Counted from the stretch's first letter, positions 10,466-20,986 are shown. The stretch is 64,000 nt of DNA from Thermoproteota archaeon (GCA_026986575.1 JALSOH010000006.1:384001-448000); one strand, 5' to 3'. Notes: generated by a model from the sequence alone, not told the origin. Made by a program: numbers and translations.

Positions 10466-11328
10466 ATCTCCAACTCACCTACCTTCCTCATGTAGATGAT
10501 CAGGGTGATCAGGACTACTGCTATGTACAGTATGGAGAGAGCAGCGCCGCGCCACCAGTTGTGGAACTTGAGGAAGAGGTCCCAAGTGAGGGTACCTATG
10601 GTAGTGACGCTCACGCCGCCGAGCATTGAGGGAACTACGAACTCTCCTATGGCTGGGACGAACACGAGGATTGTTCCAGAGGCTATACCGGGCTTTGAGA
10701 GAGGTAAGGTAACCTTAAGGAATGTCTTGAACGGGGAGGCACCCAAAGTGTAGGACGCCTCTAGTAGGGACTTATCCAGCTTCTCCAAGTTAGCGTAGAG
10801 CGGCAGCACCATGAAAGGAAGATAGTCGTAGATCATGCCTATCACGACCGCCTCGTAAGTGAACATCATCTTCATCATTGTGAAGATGTTCATTAGGGCG
10901 TAGGTCCTGAGCAGGAAGTCGACCCAATAAGGGACCATGACGCTGACCACGAGGAGGTTCTTCCACTTCTTCGGCGCCTTGACCGCTATGAAGTAAGCTA
11001 CGGGGTAGGCCATTAATATGCTACCCACTGTAGTTATCGCCGCCAGAATCACAGAATTGTAGAAGACCTTCAGGTAGACCCACCTAAGGGCCTGCTGGTA
11101 ATATTTGATGGTGAGCTCCCAAGTGATCACGCCCCTCCTCCCTATGAAGCCGAAACTGTAGAGTATGGTGATTATGAAGGGGGCGAAGAAGTAAACGGCC
11201 AAGTAGATCAGCGGAGGGCCGAGCACCAGCAGGGCCACGAGGAGCTTGTATTTCCTCACAAAGTCTATGAGGGACTCCATCCACGACATGCTACTCGGCC
11301 TCCAGCTCGAAAACCCCAGCCTCATCAC
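10462..11328 (-). CDS. potB: Polyamine ABC transporter permease
   Basis: YLPFMVLPLY, LLEASYTLGA and VFVPAIGEF. Confidence 0.9.
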   Translation of the reverse strand: MMRLGFSSWRPSSMSWMESLIDFVRKYKLLVALLVLGPPLIYLAVYFFAPFIITILYSFGFIGRRGVITWELTIKYYQQALRWVYLKVFYNSVILAAITTVGSILMAYPVAYFIAVKAPKKWKNLLVVSVMVPYWVDFLLRTYALMNIFTMMKMMFTYEAVVIGMIYDYLPFMVLPLYANLEKLDKSLLEASYTLGASPFKTFLKVTLPLSKPGIASGTILVFVPAIGEFVVPSMLGGVSVTTIGTLTWDLFLKFHNWWRGAALSILYIAVVLITLIIYMRKVGELEI

Positions 11329-12457
11329 CAGAATCCCAGCCTATCCTGATAGCCTCGCCCTCCCTGAGCTTCCTTGCCTCTGGGTGAGTGGCCGGGACGT
11401 TCACCTTGACCTCGGTGTCATCCAGCGCGACCATGACTATCAGGACATCTCCCTTGTACACTATCTCCCTTATCTTACCCTCGAATTTGTTATCAGCTCC
11501 CTCAGCCGTCTTACCAACCCTTATTCTCTCGGGTCTGAGGCTCACTACGACCTTCTTACCGCTCTGGATGTCTGAAACCACCTTGACGACTCCGAAGCTC
11601 GTCTCAACAGCACCGTTTCTCAAAACCCCCTCGAAGAAATTGGCCTCTCCGATGAAGTTGGCGACAAACTTGGTTCTCGGCTTCTCGTAAACCTCGTAGG
11701 GTGTGCCCACCTGTTCGACCCTCCCCTCATGGATTACCGCTATCCTATCGGACATGACGAGGGCCTCTCCCTGATCATGGGTGACGTAGACGAACGTTGT
11801 GCCAACGGTCCTCTGAATCCTCTTGAGCTCCAGCATCATGTGCTGCCTTATCTTCAGGTCAAGGGCACCCAGCGGCTCATCCAAGAGTAGCACGGCTGGC
11901 TGAGTCACCAAGGCCCTAGCTATGGCAACTCTTTGCTGCTGACCACCTGAGAGCTGGCTCGGCTTCCTCTCCGCGAACATCTCGTGAGGCATCTTCACCA
12001 GCTCAAGAGCATCGTACACCCTCTTCTTTATCTCATCCTCAGGGAACTTTCTGAGCCTCAAACCGTAAGCTATGTTCTCGAAGACAGTCATGTGGGGGAA
12101 GAGGGCGAGGTGCTGGAAGACCATCCCTATGTTCCTCTTGTAGGGTGGGAGGTTCGTGACATCCTTCCCCTCGAGGATGACGACGCCCTCATCGGGCTTC
12201 TCGAGACCAGCGATTATCCTGAGGAGAGTAGTCTTCCCCGAGCCGCTAGGACCGAGCAGGGAGAAGAATTCATTCCTCTTTATCTCTATGTTGACATGAT
12301 CTGATGCCACAACCTTCCCGAACCGCTTAACGATGTTACGGAGAACGACCATATCCTCGACTTCGGAGGTGATATACTCAGCCTTCTCCATCATCTCCAT
12401 CTCCGAGTCCCAACAGGGGCTTATATTTTGATTTTTCGGATGTCTGAGGCTCCGCAC
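11291..12457 (-). CDS. potA: Polyamine ABC transporter ATP-binding subunit
   Basis: GPSGSGKT, LSGGQQQR, LLDEP and a C-terminal TOBE region; true start probably near 12400. Confidence 0.9.
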   Translation of the reverse strand: MRSLRHPKNQNISPCWDSEMEMMEKAEYITSEVEDMVVLRNIVKRFGKVVASDHVNIEIKRNEFFSLLGPSGSGKTTLLRIIAGLEKPDEGVVILEGKDVTNLPPYKRNIGMVFQHLALFPHMTVFENIAYGLRLRKFPEDEIKKRVYDALELVKMPHEMFAERKPSQLSGGQQQRVAIARALVTQPAVLLLDEPLGALDLKIRQHMMLELKRIQRTVGTTFVYVTHDQGEALVMSDRIAVIHEGRVEQVGTPYEVYEKPRTKFVANFIGEANFFEGVLRNGAVETSFGVVKVVSDIQSGKKVVVSLRPERIRVGKTAEGADNKFEGKIREIVYKGDVLIVMVALDDTEVKVNVPATHPEARKLREGEAIRIGWDSGDEAGVFELEAE

Positions 12458-12537
12458 CTTCAGGAAAAAGAATTAACAGATATGCTCGAGCCAGTCACCG
12501 CAAAAATTTGGGGATTGGAGGGTTCAAGGAGAAGGCC

Positions 12538-14352
12538 TCAGGAGAGCCCGAGATCCCTCGAAAGTTCTAGCCTGTCGAGGGTTTCCCTGAGAGGCACGCC
12601 CTTTCTATCCCATCCCCTGAGCTTATAGTACTCGTCGAGGGCCTTCTCGTACTCCTCCCTCGGGAGCTTGACTCCCTTTATCGGGCCCTTGGTGTGCGCC
12701 TCCTCAAAGAACCTGTCAGGCGGATAGTCGTCCTGTCTCTTGAAGCCAGCTCTCACGTTGTACATCCTGGAGAGGTTCCAGATCCTCTCCCCCACTTCCT
12801 GCAGGTAGGATTCCTTGAAGTCCACATCCAGCGTGGCGCTGAGCAGGTCAGCCATTTCCTTGTACCCGACGATCCAGAAATCGCAGATGATCAGGCTCCA
12901 CTTGACGCTGTTCAGATCCTGCAAATCCTTGGTGAGTTTGGCCTTACCCTCGAAGGTGAGGGGCGGCATGTCCCCGAAGGCCTCGCTCGCTATGGTCCAA
13001 GCCCTGAGGTGACAGGCTCCCCTATCCGAGGTTGCGTAGGCCAAGGCCATTCCCCAGCTGGATCTGGGATCGTAAGCGGGGATCTCAGATCCCTTTATGT
13101 GCATCGCATATTTCTCACTGCCTCTTCCTATTCTCTCAGCAGCCCTCTTTACTCCATCAGCTAGGGTATTGCCGATGCCCTCCCTGTACGCTATCATCCT
13201 CACCAGTTTGGCCAGTGCCTCAGGCTCGCCCCAGTCTACGTGGAACCCTATCTCCTCATCCGTAATTATTTCCCTCTCCCTTATCTCAAGGAGGAATCCA
13301 AGGGTGGCTCCGAGGCTTATAGTATCTAGGCCTAACTGGTCGGCCAGCTCGCCGAGATGAGCCAGTTCATCCATGTCCTTGAGGGAGAGGTTAGATCCCA
13401 TCATCCCTATCGTCTCGTACTCAGGGGCCTTTATCACTCCTCTCCTCGTCTTAATCTTCCTCTTACAGGCGAGTGGGCACGAATGACAGGCGAACCTGCT
13501 GTCTAGCTTGGCCTTCACCACATCGGTGTTTATGTAGTTCGCGTACTCGTAGTAGCCCTCCCTGAAGTTGAGGTGCGGCAGGGCACCCACATTGTTGCTG
13601 AGATCCACTATGACAGGGGTACCGTCGGTCCTAGCCCAAAGATTCGTCTCGGTGAGCACGCTCTCCTTCATCAGCTTGGCTACGGTCTCCCTGAACCTCG
13701 CGGGATTGGGGAAATCTATGCTCCTGTTACTGGCCTCGACCACTATCCCCTTGAGCTTCTTCGACCCGAATACCGCGCCCACACCTCCCCTACCGGCGAT
13801 GAAGTGCTCGTCAACCACCGCTGAGGCCATGTAGCTGAGGTTCTCTCCAGCCGGACCTATCACTAGGGTCCTAGCAAGCTTATCGTGATCCCTCTTCAGT
13901 TCCTCCGTGGCTTCCGGAACGGTTTTCCCCCAAAGATGACTGGCATCCCTTATCTCCACTTCCTCATCTTTTACAGATATGTAGGCGGGTTTCTCCGCCT
14001 TCCCTTGGATTATCATGAGGTCATATCCCGCATACTTGAGCTCGGGACCGAAGGCCCCTCCCACATAACTGTCATTTAATGTGCCCGTTTTCGGGGATTT
14101 GGTCACTACCGTGAACCTTCCGGTGAGCGGGGCCACGGTCCCGGTCAGCGGACCAGTGGCAATTATAATCTTGTTTTCAGGCCATAGAGCCCCTGTGGAC
14201 GGTGGAACTTCCTCATAAAGGTACCTTATTCCCAAACCCCTTCCTCCAAGGTAGAGAGCGGCCCAATCTCTCCTCGTGTTCTCGACAACTATTTTATTCT
14301 CGGACAGGTCTACTCTCAAAACCTTTCCTGCATACGGGGCTACCATGTTCAC
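12538..14352 (-). CDS. aor: Tungsten-dependent aldehyde:ferredoxin oxidoreductase
   Basis: YLGGRGLG, KSPKT, IGPAGE, GRGGVGAVFGSKKLK, CHSCPLAC, EYET, LGLDTIS and DRGACH. Confidence 0.9.
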   Translation of the reverse strand: MNMVAPYAGKVLRVDLSENKIVVENTRRDWAALYLGGRGLGIRYLYEEVPPSTGALWPENKIIIATGPLTGTVAPLTGRFTVVTKSPKTGTLNDSYVGGAFGPELKYAGYDLMIIQGKAEKPAYISVKDEEVEIRDASHLWGKTVPEATEELKRDHDKLARTLVIGPAGENLSYMASAVVDEHFIAGRGGVGAVFGSKKLKGIVVEASNRSIDFPNPARFRETVAKLMKESVLTETNLWARTDGTPVIVDLSNNVGALPHLNFREGYYEYANYINTDVVKAKLDSRFACHSCPLACKRKIKTRRGVIKAPEYETIGMMGSNLSLKDMDELAHLGELADQLGLDTISLGATLGFLLEIREREIITDEEIGFHVDWGEPEALAKLVRMIAYREGIGNTLADGVKRAAERIGRGSEKYAMHIKGSEIPAYDPRSSWGMALAYATSDRGACHLRAWTIASEAFGDMPPLTFEGKAKLTKDLQDLNSVKWSLIICDFWIVGYKEMADLLSATLDVDFKESYLQEVGERIWNLSRMYNVRAGFKRQDDYPPDRFFEEAHTKGPIKGVKLPREEYEKALDEYYKLRGWDRKGVPLRETLDRLELSRDLGLS

Positions 14353-14433
14353 CTACCTCATGGCGTATCGCTCTCTAATAAACCCTGAGGCTAGGTTTTA
14401 TAAGGATCTGGTGGGCCTAGCGTTGGTGGTACT

Positions 14434-15795
14434 TTGGCTGGCTGGTTAGGGGAAGTCCCCGACTTCTTCTCCGAGGAACTCGGGAGGTACACGGAGAGGA
14501 CCCGTAGGTCCGAACAGATCTTTAGAGAGGCTCGAAAATACGTACCTCACGGTGTAAATAGCAATATGAGGTTCTTCGAGCCCTATCCTATCTATATAGC
14601 CAGGGGTAAGGGCGGAAAGGTCTGGGATGTTGACGGTAACGAGTACGTGGACCTCAACCTCGCTATGGGCGCGGTGTTCTCGGGCCACAGCCATCCGGCG
14701 GTGGTTGAGGCAGTTCAGGAGGTGATACAAGAAGGAACTGCCTTTGGAACGGATGTGCCCGAGGCCAGACTCGTCGCAAAGGAGCTGGCTAGGAGATGGG
14801 GTCTCGATAAGGTGAGGTTCAGCAACTCAGGTGCGGAGGCAACGATGCACGCCATAAGGATAGCTAGGGCGTACACGGGCAAGGAGAAGATAGTAAAGTT
14901 CGAGGGGAACTATCACGGAGCTCACGACTACGTCTTGGTGAGCATAAAGTCACCTCCCGGTCAGATGGGCAGGAAGTTCCCGAGAAGGATACCCGTAGGT
15001 CCGGGGATACCCGGCACTACTCTGGAGTCCGTCCTGATAGCCAGGTACAACGACCTAAACTCCGTGGAGAGGCTGTTCAGGAAGCATGAGGAGGAGATAG
15101 CCGCCGTCATAGTGGAGCCCGTGGCTATGAACATAGGCGTCGTTCCTCCCAAGCCTGGTTTCCTCGAGGGACTGAGGAAGCTTACCGATGAGTATGGAGC
15201 CCTCCTGATCTTCGATGAGGTGAAGACTGGCGTTAAACTCGCGCCTGGTGGGGCGACGGAGTTCTTCGGCATAAAGCCAGATCTGGCGGTGACGGCAAAG
15301 AGCATAGGCGGCGGCTTCCCTGTATCGGCGATCATGGGAAGGGAGGAGGTCATGTCCGTCGTGGGTCCGCACAGCGCCGTTCATGCCGGCACATTCAACG
15401 CCAACAGGCTGGTGATGGCCGCAGCTCTAGCGACCCTCACGAAGGTCCTGACCATAGATGCCTACCCGAGAGCCCACAGGCTCTGCGACGAGCTCAGTAG
15501 GGCATTCCAAGACATAGTGGACGACTACAGGATACCCGCGGTGGTCCAGTGGATAGGTCCGAACGGTCACATCTACCCAGGCGCGACGGAACCGGTGGTG
15601 GACCTGCCAACGTTCTACCAGCAAGACGACGCTGCTTGGTGGCGCTATTGGATAGCTATGATGAACAGGGGCGTGTTCATAGAACCCGTGGTAAGCGATG
15701 ACGAGTGGACCGTCAGCGTGGTCCACACGAAGGAGGACATAGAGAGGGCCATAGAGGCCTTCAAAGAGGCCGCTAAGTTCATGAGACCCGCCTAA
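14434..15795 (+). CDS. Class III PLP aminotransferase (glutamate-1-semialdehyde aminomutase-like)
   Basis: WDVDGNEYVD, NSGAEATM, FEGNYHG, FDEVKTG, AKSIGGG and HAGTFN; substrate uncertain. Confidence 0.85.
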   Translation: MAGWLGEVPDFFSEELGRYTERTRRSEQIFREARKYVPHGVNSNMRFFEPYPIYIARGKGGKVWDVDGNEYVDLNLAMGAVFSGHSHPAVVEAVQEVIQEGTAFGTDVPEARLVAKELARRWGLDKVRFSNSGAEATMHAIRIARAYTGKEKIVKFEGNYHGAHDYVLVSIKSPPGQMGRKFPRRIPVGPGIPGTTLESVLIARYNDLNSVERLFRKHEEEIAAVIVEPVAMNIGVVPPKPGFLEGLRKLTDEYGALLIFDEVKTGVKLAPGGATEFFGIKPDLAVTAKSIGGGFPVSAIMGREEVMSVVGPHSAVHAGTFNANRLVMAAALATLTKVLTIDAYPRAHRLCDELSRAFQDIVDDYRIPAVVQWIGPNGHIYPGATEPVVDLPTFYQQDDAAWWRYWIAMMNRGVFIEPVVSDDEWTVSVVHTKEDIERAIEAFKEAAKFMRPA

Positions 15796-15799
15796 ACCC

Positions 15800-15818
15800 T
15801 ACTTTCCTTTTCTTCTTG
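15800..15818 (+). terminator. Pyrimidine/T-rich archaeal terminator after the aminotransferase
   Basis: tactttccttttcttcttg directly after the stop codon. Confidence 0.4.
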
Positions 15819-15918
15819 CCTATACTAGTTCACGATTGGATTGCACCCCCTTAATCTTATCGGGCACTGAAAATACTACATCCATCCGTTTAAGTTCTCC
15901 GAGGAGGGTGACTGCTAA

Positions 15919-16503
15919 TCACTTGAACACACTATCTATTAACCTTCTAAGAGTTTTCCTGACTTTAGGTGGATTGTCCACAGAGATGGGCAACCTCTCA
16001 ATGCTCTTCCTCAGAACCTCCTTCAGGTCAAGATCTAGCTCACTGCTCATCGCTTTCACATACTCCCAGTCGATCCTATCCCCGACCTCCGTGAGTATAA
16101 CCGCTATATCAGCGAGGTCCCTCTCCCTGCGAGCTAGTGCCTTGAGTAAGAGCGCATCCTCGGGCGATATGACCCATACCCTCCTCCCGTCAATTTCCGC
16201 CTCTACGGCCCTCTCTAAGAGCTGCCTCACGCTCAATCCAGAGACTCTCTCCACATAAACGTCTATATCCCCTTTCATCCTATGCTTAAATTCGAGCTTT
16301 CCGAGGCGAGGGTTCTCCAACAAAACATAGCCCATACCAGATAATCCCTGCTTAAGCTTCCAGAGATCTGCCGGATCTACAGCGACATCGACATCATGGG
16401 TGGTCCTGAAAGGCCTGATGGCCGATACAGCCAGAGCTCCAAGTAGCGCGTACCTGACCTTTCTCTCCTCCGCTACGGATAAGAAATCTTCAATAGAGGA
16501 CAT
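15919..16503 (-). CDS. Nucleotidyltransferase, AbiEii-like type IV toxin
   Basis: LLGALAV..RTTHDVDV (G-x-x-A...RxTxDxD) and C-terminal K...RERDLAD. Confidence 0.7.
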   Translation of the reverse strand: MSSIEDFLSVAEERKVRYALLGALAVSAIRPFRTTHDVDVAVDPADLWKLKQGLSGMGYVLLENPRLGKLEFKHRMKGDIDVYVERVSGLSVRQLLERAVEAEIDGRRVWVISPEDALLLKALARRERDLADIAVILTEVGDRIDWEYVKAMSSELDLDLKEVLRKSIERLPISVDNPPKVRKTLRRLIDSVFK

Positions 16504-17155
16504 CAGTCATCTCCTCCACAACTGTAGGGATCTTCCCACCGAGGGCTGCCAGATCCAGAACGCCTCTCCCCAACCAGGTGATGAGCTCCAACTTCAACCT
16601 CTCCTCCGTCACCACCGGCCAACCAGATATAACCTCGCTAGCTGGTAGCTCTCTCACTGGGATGAGGACGAGATCAGCCAGCCCGTGGGCCCTCCTTCCC
16701 AGAGAGATCCATCTCTCTAAGTCCCGCTCCCTCACATAGGCAAAGGCTGCAGACGGTGTCTGGAACCCTGTTCTTATGTAAGCAGCCGTTTCGTAGCATA
16801 GCACGTAGTCATCTCCCTCACTACTTTCCTTAAGGAGCTCCATTGATCTCTTCCAGCCTCCGGCCTGGAGACGCACGGCCCTATCAAACAGCTTCTCTAT
16901 GTGGAAAACTCCCAGTACATCCTCAGCCTCCATTTTACCAATGATCTTGGCCCTATCAGTCGGGATAAAGACATTCTCCTCTCTTCTGAGCCATCCCCTA
17001 TCTTCAAGTTCTCTCATCTTTCTATAGACAGTAGTCTTTGGTAAAGATGCCTCAATAGCAGCTCTAGAGGGAGTTAGGGGTCCCCTGAGGGCGAGCCATA
17101 TGAGGAAGAGGGAGGACTCATCTATTCCCATATATGGTAAGAGACCCACTTTCAT
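16490..17155 (-). CDS. N-terminal wHTH protein, AbiEi-like antitoxin/regulator
   Basis: LTPSRAAIEASLPKTTVYRKMRELEDRGWL HTH; overlaps the downstream NTase gene. Confidence 0.6.
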   Translation of the reverse strand: MKVGLLPYMGIDESSLFLIWLALRGPLTPSRAAIEASLPKTTVYRKMRELEDRGWLRREENVFIPTDRAKIIGKMEAEDVLGVFHIEKLFDRAVRLQAGGWKRSMELLKESSEGDDYVLCYETAAYIRTGFQTPSAAFAYVRERDLERWISLGRRAHGLADLVLIPVRELPASEVISGWPVVTEERLKLELITWLGRGVLDLAALGGKIPTVVEEMTDVLY

Positions 17156-17442
17156 ACCTATAAAATTTTACCATTAATGGATTAACGAAGCTCAAAGTGG
17201 TCTCCCAGATCTGGAAGCTCTTCTCATCCGCCGAGAAGATGAAGATGGTGGGTGTAAAAGTCCATGGACCGTGACTATCGTTTACATCTTCTGATCGTCG
17301 TTCACTCGATGAGGCAGACCATCCTCACTCCCGTCCCGAGGTATCGGACATGGATAGAGAATGCATTCTTTAATGTTAATGGGTCTGGGATCTACAGGCC
17401 ACTGAAACTAATCCTTTTCAATTTTCCCCTAGGAAGCTCCGT

Positions 17443-18759
17443 ATGAACTTGCGTTCCCTGTTAGAGCGCTTGACTAATGAGGAAGACGCATCTATACGTG
17501 TGGCCATTAATGAGTCCTCCGATCCTCCCGTGATAAGGAGAAGCTATTCCCAAATTTTCTATGGAAAGGATCTCCCACCTCAACCGCCTGTGGAGGTAAT
17601 TAAAGCGGGGGACCTGCGGGATGCCGACCTGTTCGTTGCGGTCGACTTGGTAATCTCCCTGACGGGAGCTTCCTCCCCCGATGAGGTCAAATCTGGAGCT
17701 GAATCTCTCCTTAGAGAACTAGCTAGGAAGGTAAGGTTGAGGGCGGAGGACTCGAAGAAGAGCAATGTGGCGCTGGCCCTGCCAGAGAGGCGCCACTTGG
17801 AGGAGGTTAAGGGAAAGTGGACCAAGTGGGTGTGGAAGCGAACTGCCTACGACGGGACCCCAGCTCCAGACTTCAATGGCTGGGTCAGGGACTTGATCTC
17901 TTTGGCAGATGCAATAAGGGGGGAGGGAGTGAGGGTCGTCTTCATGGCTGGCGAGTCCGGCAAGGTTCTGGAGGAGATGGGATACGAGGTCGTCAGTGTG
18001 AGCATCGAGGAGACGCTGCCTAAGCTGGGCTACCCTAGGGATCCCAGCGTAGCGTGGTCCGAGCAGCCGATCCTCATGAACATGGCGCTGGACATAAGGG
18101 GGGGCGAAGAAGAGGTCGCTAGATCCTTCTTTCAGAAGAATGGCTTGACTCCGGTGTTCAGGCCTAGGTGGTGGCGTAATGGTGAGATACTCGTCAGAGC
18201 CAAGGCCGAGGGAGGGAACTTCATACTGGTCGAGGGGGAGGGAGGGAAACGAGCCTTGTTCACCGGAATTGGAGTTAGGGGGAGTAACGTGGCCGCTCCC
18301 AAATTACTCCAAGAGTTCCTCATCTCGCAGGGCCTGAATATCGAGGTTTACGGGGTTCCCCTACCCGGCTACATACGGGATTGGCGAACAGGGGCCGTCC
18401 ATCTCGACGTTGTGATGATGCACGCAGGTCCCGTGACTTTCGTGAGCCCGGGCAGGATGGGGTTCTACTCACTTGTTAAGTACGGCGAGTCCCTCGAGAT
18501 AGTAGAGTTGGGTCAAGTGTTCCGTGACTTGGGCATAACAGTGGACGAGATACCTGCTGAGGGCAGCGAGATCACCATGGTGAACGGTCTCAACTTGGGG
18601 AACGGGAAGATAGTGGTGGATTCCTTCAACAGGGACGCGAACAGGTACTTGGAGAGGGAGTGGGGGCTAGACCTCATTGAGGTGAGCATACCCCAGATAG
18701 AGGCCGGCGGCGGAGGTGCGAGGTGCGCTACTAGGGAGTTCTACGTATCACGCGAGTGA
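17443..18759 (+). CDS. Arginine deiminase / amidinotransferase family protein
   Basis: YPRDP, EGGN, HLDV and C-terminal GGGGARCAT catalytic Cys motif. Confidence 0.85.
   Translation: MNLRSLLERLTNEEDASIRVAINESSDPPVIRRSYSQIFYGKDLPPQPPVEVIKAGDLRDADLFVAVDLVISLTGASSPDEVKSGAESLLRELARKVRLRAEDSKKSNVALALPERRHLEEVKGKWTKWVWKRTAYDGTPAPDFNGWVRDLISLADAIRGEGVRVVFMAGESGKVLEEMGYEVVSVSIEETLPKLGYPRDPSVAWSEQPILMNMALDIRGGEEEVARSFFQKNGLTPVFRPRWWRNGEILVRAKAEGGNFILVEGEGGKRALFTGIGVRGSNVAAPKLLQEFLISQGLNIEVYGVPLPGYIRDWRTGAVHLDVVMMHAGPVTFVSPGRMGFYSLVKYGESLEIVELGQVFRDLGITVDEIPAEGSEITMVNGLNLGNGKIVVDSFNRDANRYLEREWGLDLIEVSIPQIEAGGGGARCATREFYVSRE
18709..18744 (+). repeat. 36-bp direct repeat, left copy (attL-like, in the 3' end of the deiminase gene)
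   Basis: GGCGGAGGTGCGAGGTGCGCTACTAGGGAGTTCTAC, identical to 22514-22549. Confidence 0.9.
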
Positions 18760-18886
18760 GCTATCGTAAAACCCCTCAAGGAACTCATTGCTTTTCTAGA
18801 TGGGAAGAATCGGGCTACTTTACCGCTGATTAGATATACTCAATAGTTCAGCCGTTATTCCGACCCATACCGTAGGAAAAGGGGAA

Positions 18887-20257
18887 TTAGAGAGGAACGT
18901 CGCACAGGTATCTCAACATAAACAGAGAGAGCAGCAAGATGCAAGTATCTATCAGCAGGAAGGCAGAGTACAGCGCACCTACATCCACCACGAACCCGTT
19001 CAGTGATTCCAAGAAGACCATGATGAACACGGACTCGGCCACTACCATGATGGGGGTGAGCTTTAACCACCCAATGGACTGGAAGGTCCACATGGATTCT
19101 CTCTTCGGTAGCAGCCTGCATATCAGGAGATTATACAGGGAGGAGAAGGATATCACGGTAAAGATGAATACTGTGAGGTAGTAGACCAAGTTCCCTCCTG
19201 AGATCAGTGAAAATACGACGATAGGGATGTTTATCGCGAGACATATGATCACGTAAAGGGCGTACTTCGACAGGGAGACCTGTAACTTGGTTAAAGGCAG
19301 GATATAGAGGAGGGAAGAGCCAGAGCCCTCCAAGGAGTACAACCAGATTGTGAAGAGAGGGAGTATCACACCCAGCTCCAAGAGGGAAGCCAAGGTCAGG
19401 TTGAGCAACGCCGCGTTTGAACTTACTTCAGAAGTGTAGATCGTGATGATAGAGTGTGGAAATACGGAAAATAGTATTAAAGCCAGTATCCAAGGTCTCC
19501 TCCTGATCAAGATCAACTCCTTCTTTAGGAGAGTCATGTGAGGCAATTCTGCGTACTCATTCCCGGCAGGAGCGACATTAGGAAACTCATGCAATCTCCC
19601 TATTACTCTACCGAAGGCCATTGCAGTTAAGTAGAAATATCCTATCAGAAGTATACTTCTCTCTAAGATAGACGAGCTAAAGAGAATCGTAAGAAGAGGA
19701 CCTAAATACGTAAAAAGAATAATAGAACCTACCCAACTTAAGGTGATTAACCACGGAACTCTCCTAAATGAAATTTCCACGCAGGCCATTCCCAGTATAG
19801 TACCTAATACAGCTAGAAAACTACTAAGCCATACTAGGATGAAGATAGCATTAAACCGGAAGTCGAGGAGAGTATAGTAGGGGGGGATTAAGAGCGGGGA
19901 GAGGGCAAGACCACCCCAAAGTAAATGCGCAATAATTACTGCTGCAATGACAGTTCTAGGCCTAATAGGCAACATCAGTATTGGCATCAGAGACTTAGTG
20001 TCCTTGATAGATCTGTAATTGATAATAGACAGTGTAAAGAACGAAAATATATAAACCAGTTGACTAACTTTAATGTAAGATTGAATACTATCTCCATCTC
20101 TAACCAATATTATGAGGAAGAAGGACATTATGATAGAGGCTATAAATAGCAAAATATTAGACAATAGAATCCTAACTAAACTAATAGAATTACCACTTCT
20201 ATAGCTTCCTTCGCGGATTATTATCAAAGCTATCCGGAGAGGCAGAGGAATTCTCAA
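18887..20257 (-). CDS. Multi-TM ABC-type exporter permease (paralog of 30849-32327 and 58805-60292)
   Basis: Shared motifs REGSYRS, LWGG.A, GSSLLYILPLT and LLP....WT...IG. Confidence 0.65.
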   Translation of the reverse strand: MRIPLPLRIALIIIREGSYRSGNSISLVRILLSNILLFIASIIMSFFLIILVRDGDSIQSYIKVSQLVYIFSFFTLSIINYRSIKDTKSLMPILMLPIRPRTVIAAVIIAHLLWGGLALSPLLIPPYYTLLDFRFNAIFILVWLSSFLAVLGTILGMACVEISFRRVPWLITLSWVGSIILFTYLGPLLTILFSSSILERSILLIGYFYLTAMAFGRVIGRLHEFPNVAPAGNEYAELPHMTLLKKELILIRRRPWILALILFSVFPHSIITIYTSEVSSNAALLNLTLASLLELGVILPLFTIWLYSLEGSGSSLLYILPLTKLQVSLSKYALYVIICLAINIPIVVFSLISGGNLVYYLTVFIFTVISFSSLYNLLICRLLPKRESMWTFQSIGWLKLTPIMVVAESVFIMVFLESLNGFVVDVGALYSAFLLIDTCILLLSLFMLRYLCDVPL

Positions 20258-20359
20258 GGTTCCATACCCTAAAGATTTACTCGTCTACTTAAAAATTAAT
20301 GGACATTAGTATGACTTGCATTCATCATATCATGGCTGAATAATTTATTAGTTAAAAAG

Positions 20360-20986
20360 TTAATCCAATGTGAAAATAACAACGTTATATATATGGATAT
20401 ATAGCAAAATAGCTAAGGAAAAGATAGCTGAAGATGCACACCTTATATCGAATTTTCCGGATAATTTATATAAGGAACATAGCCAGAAAAAGAAAATTAT
20501 CAAGTCTATTGCTATAAACAGATAAGGGCTAATGATAAGATCAAATTCGGACCTCAATAATATAAAAAAAGAAGGTATTACAAATTCAATTAGTCTAAGT
20601 AGAAAGACCGAACTCTCTCCTATCTGAAGAAATATCAAATAAAATCCGAAGCTTAGGAGCGTGTCTCTTAATTTTATTGTATGTTCCTTACAGAAAGTCG
20701 TAATGGTTAAGTAAAATATCTCAGTAACAAGGAATAGGACGAATAAACTAGCTAACCCATGTGCAAGAAAACCTGCCGCGATCACTAAGAATAATCCTCC
20801 AAGAAAATTCTGAAGAAGCACCGTAAATTCTCTGAGGAGATACATTGTCAAACTTGTAGTATACAATAGAGATGAGATCAGTATAGTTGATAGTAGAATG
20901 ATAACCTTTCGATGAGGGCTAACATTATCTAGAAAAAGACAGAAACCCCAAACTCTATTCAATATCCTGATTACAAGGAATTTCAC
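20360..20986 (-). CDS. Polytopic membrane protein, possibly Yip1-like
   Basis: 208 aa with about 5 TM segments; family inferred from size, topology and context. Confidence 0.5.
   Translation of the reverse strand: MKFLVIRILNRVWGFCLFLDNVSPHRKVIILLSTILISSLLYTTSLTMYLLREFTVLLQNFLGGLFLVIAAGFLAHGLASLFVLFLVTEIFYLTITTFCKEHTIKLRDTLLSFGFYLIFLQIGESSVFLLRLIEFVIPSFFILLRSEFDLIISPYLFIAIDLIIFFFWLCSLYKLSGKFDIRCASSAIFSLAILLYIHIYNVVIFTLD

Noticed and set aside
14434-15795. Calling the aminotransferase hemL
   Set aside because: No other hem genes are nearby and the context points to amine catabolism; left at family level.
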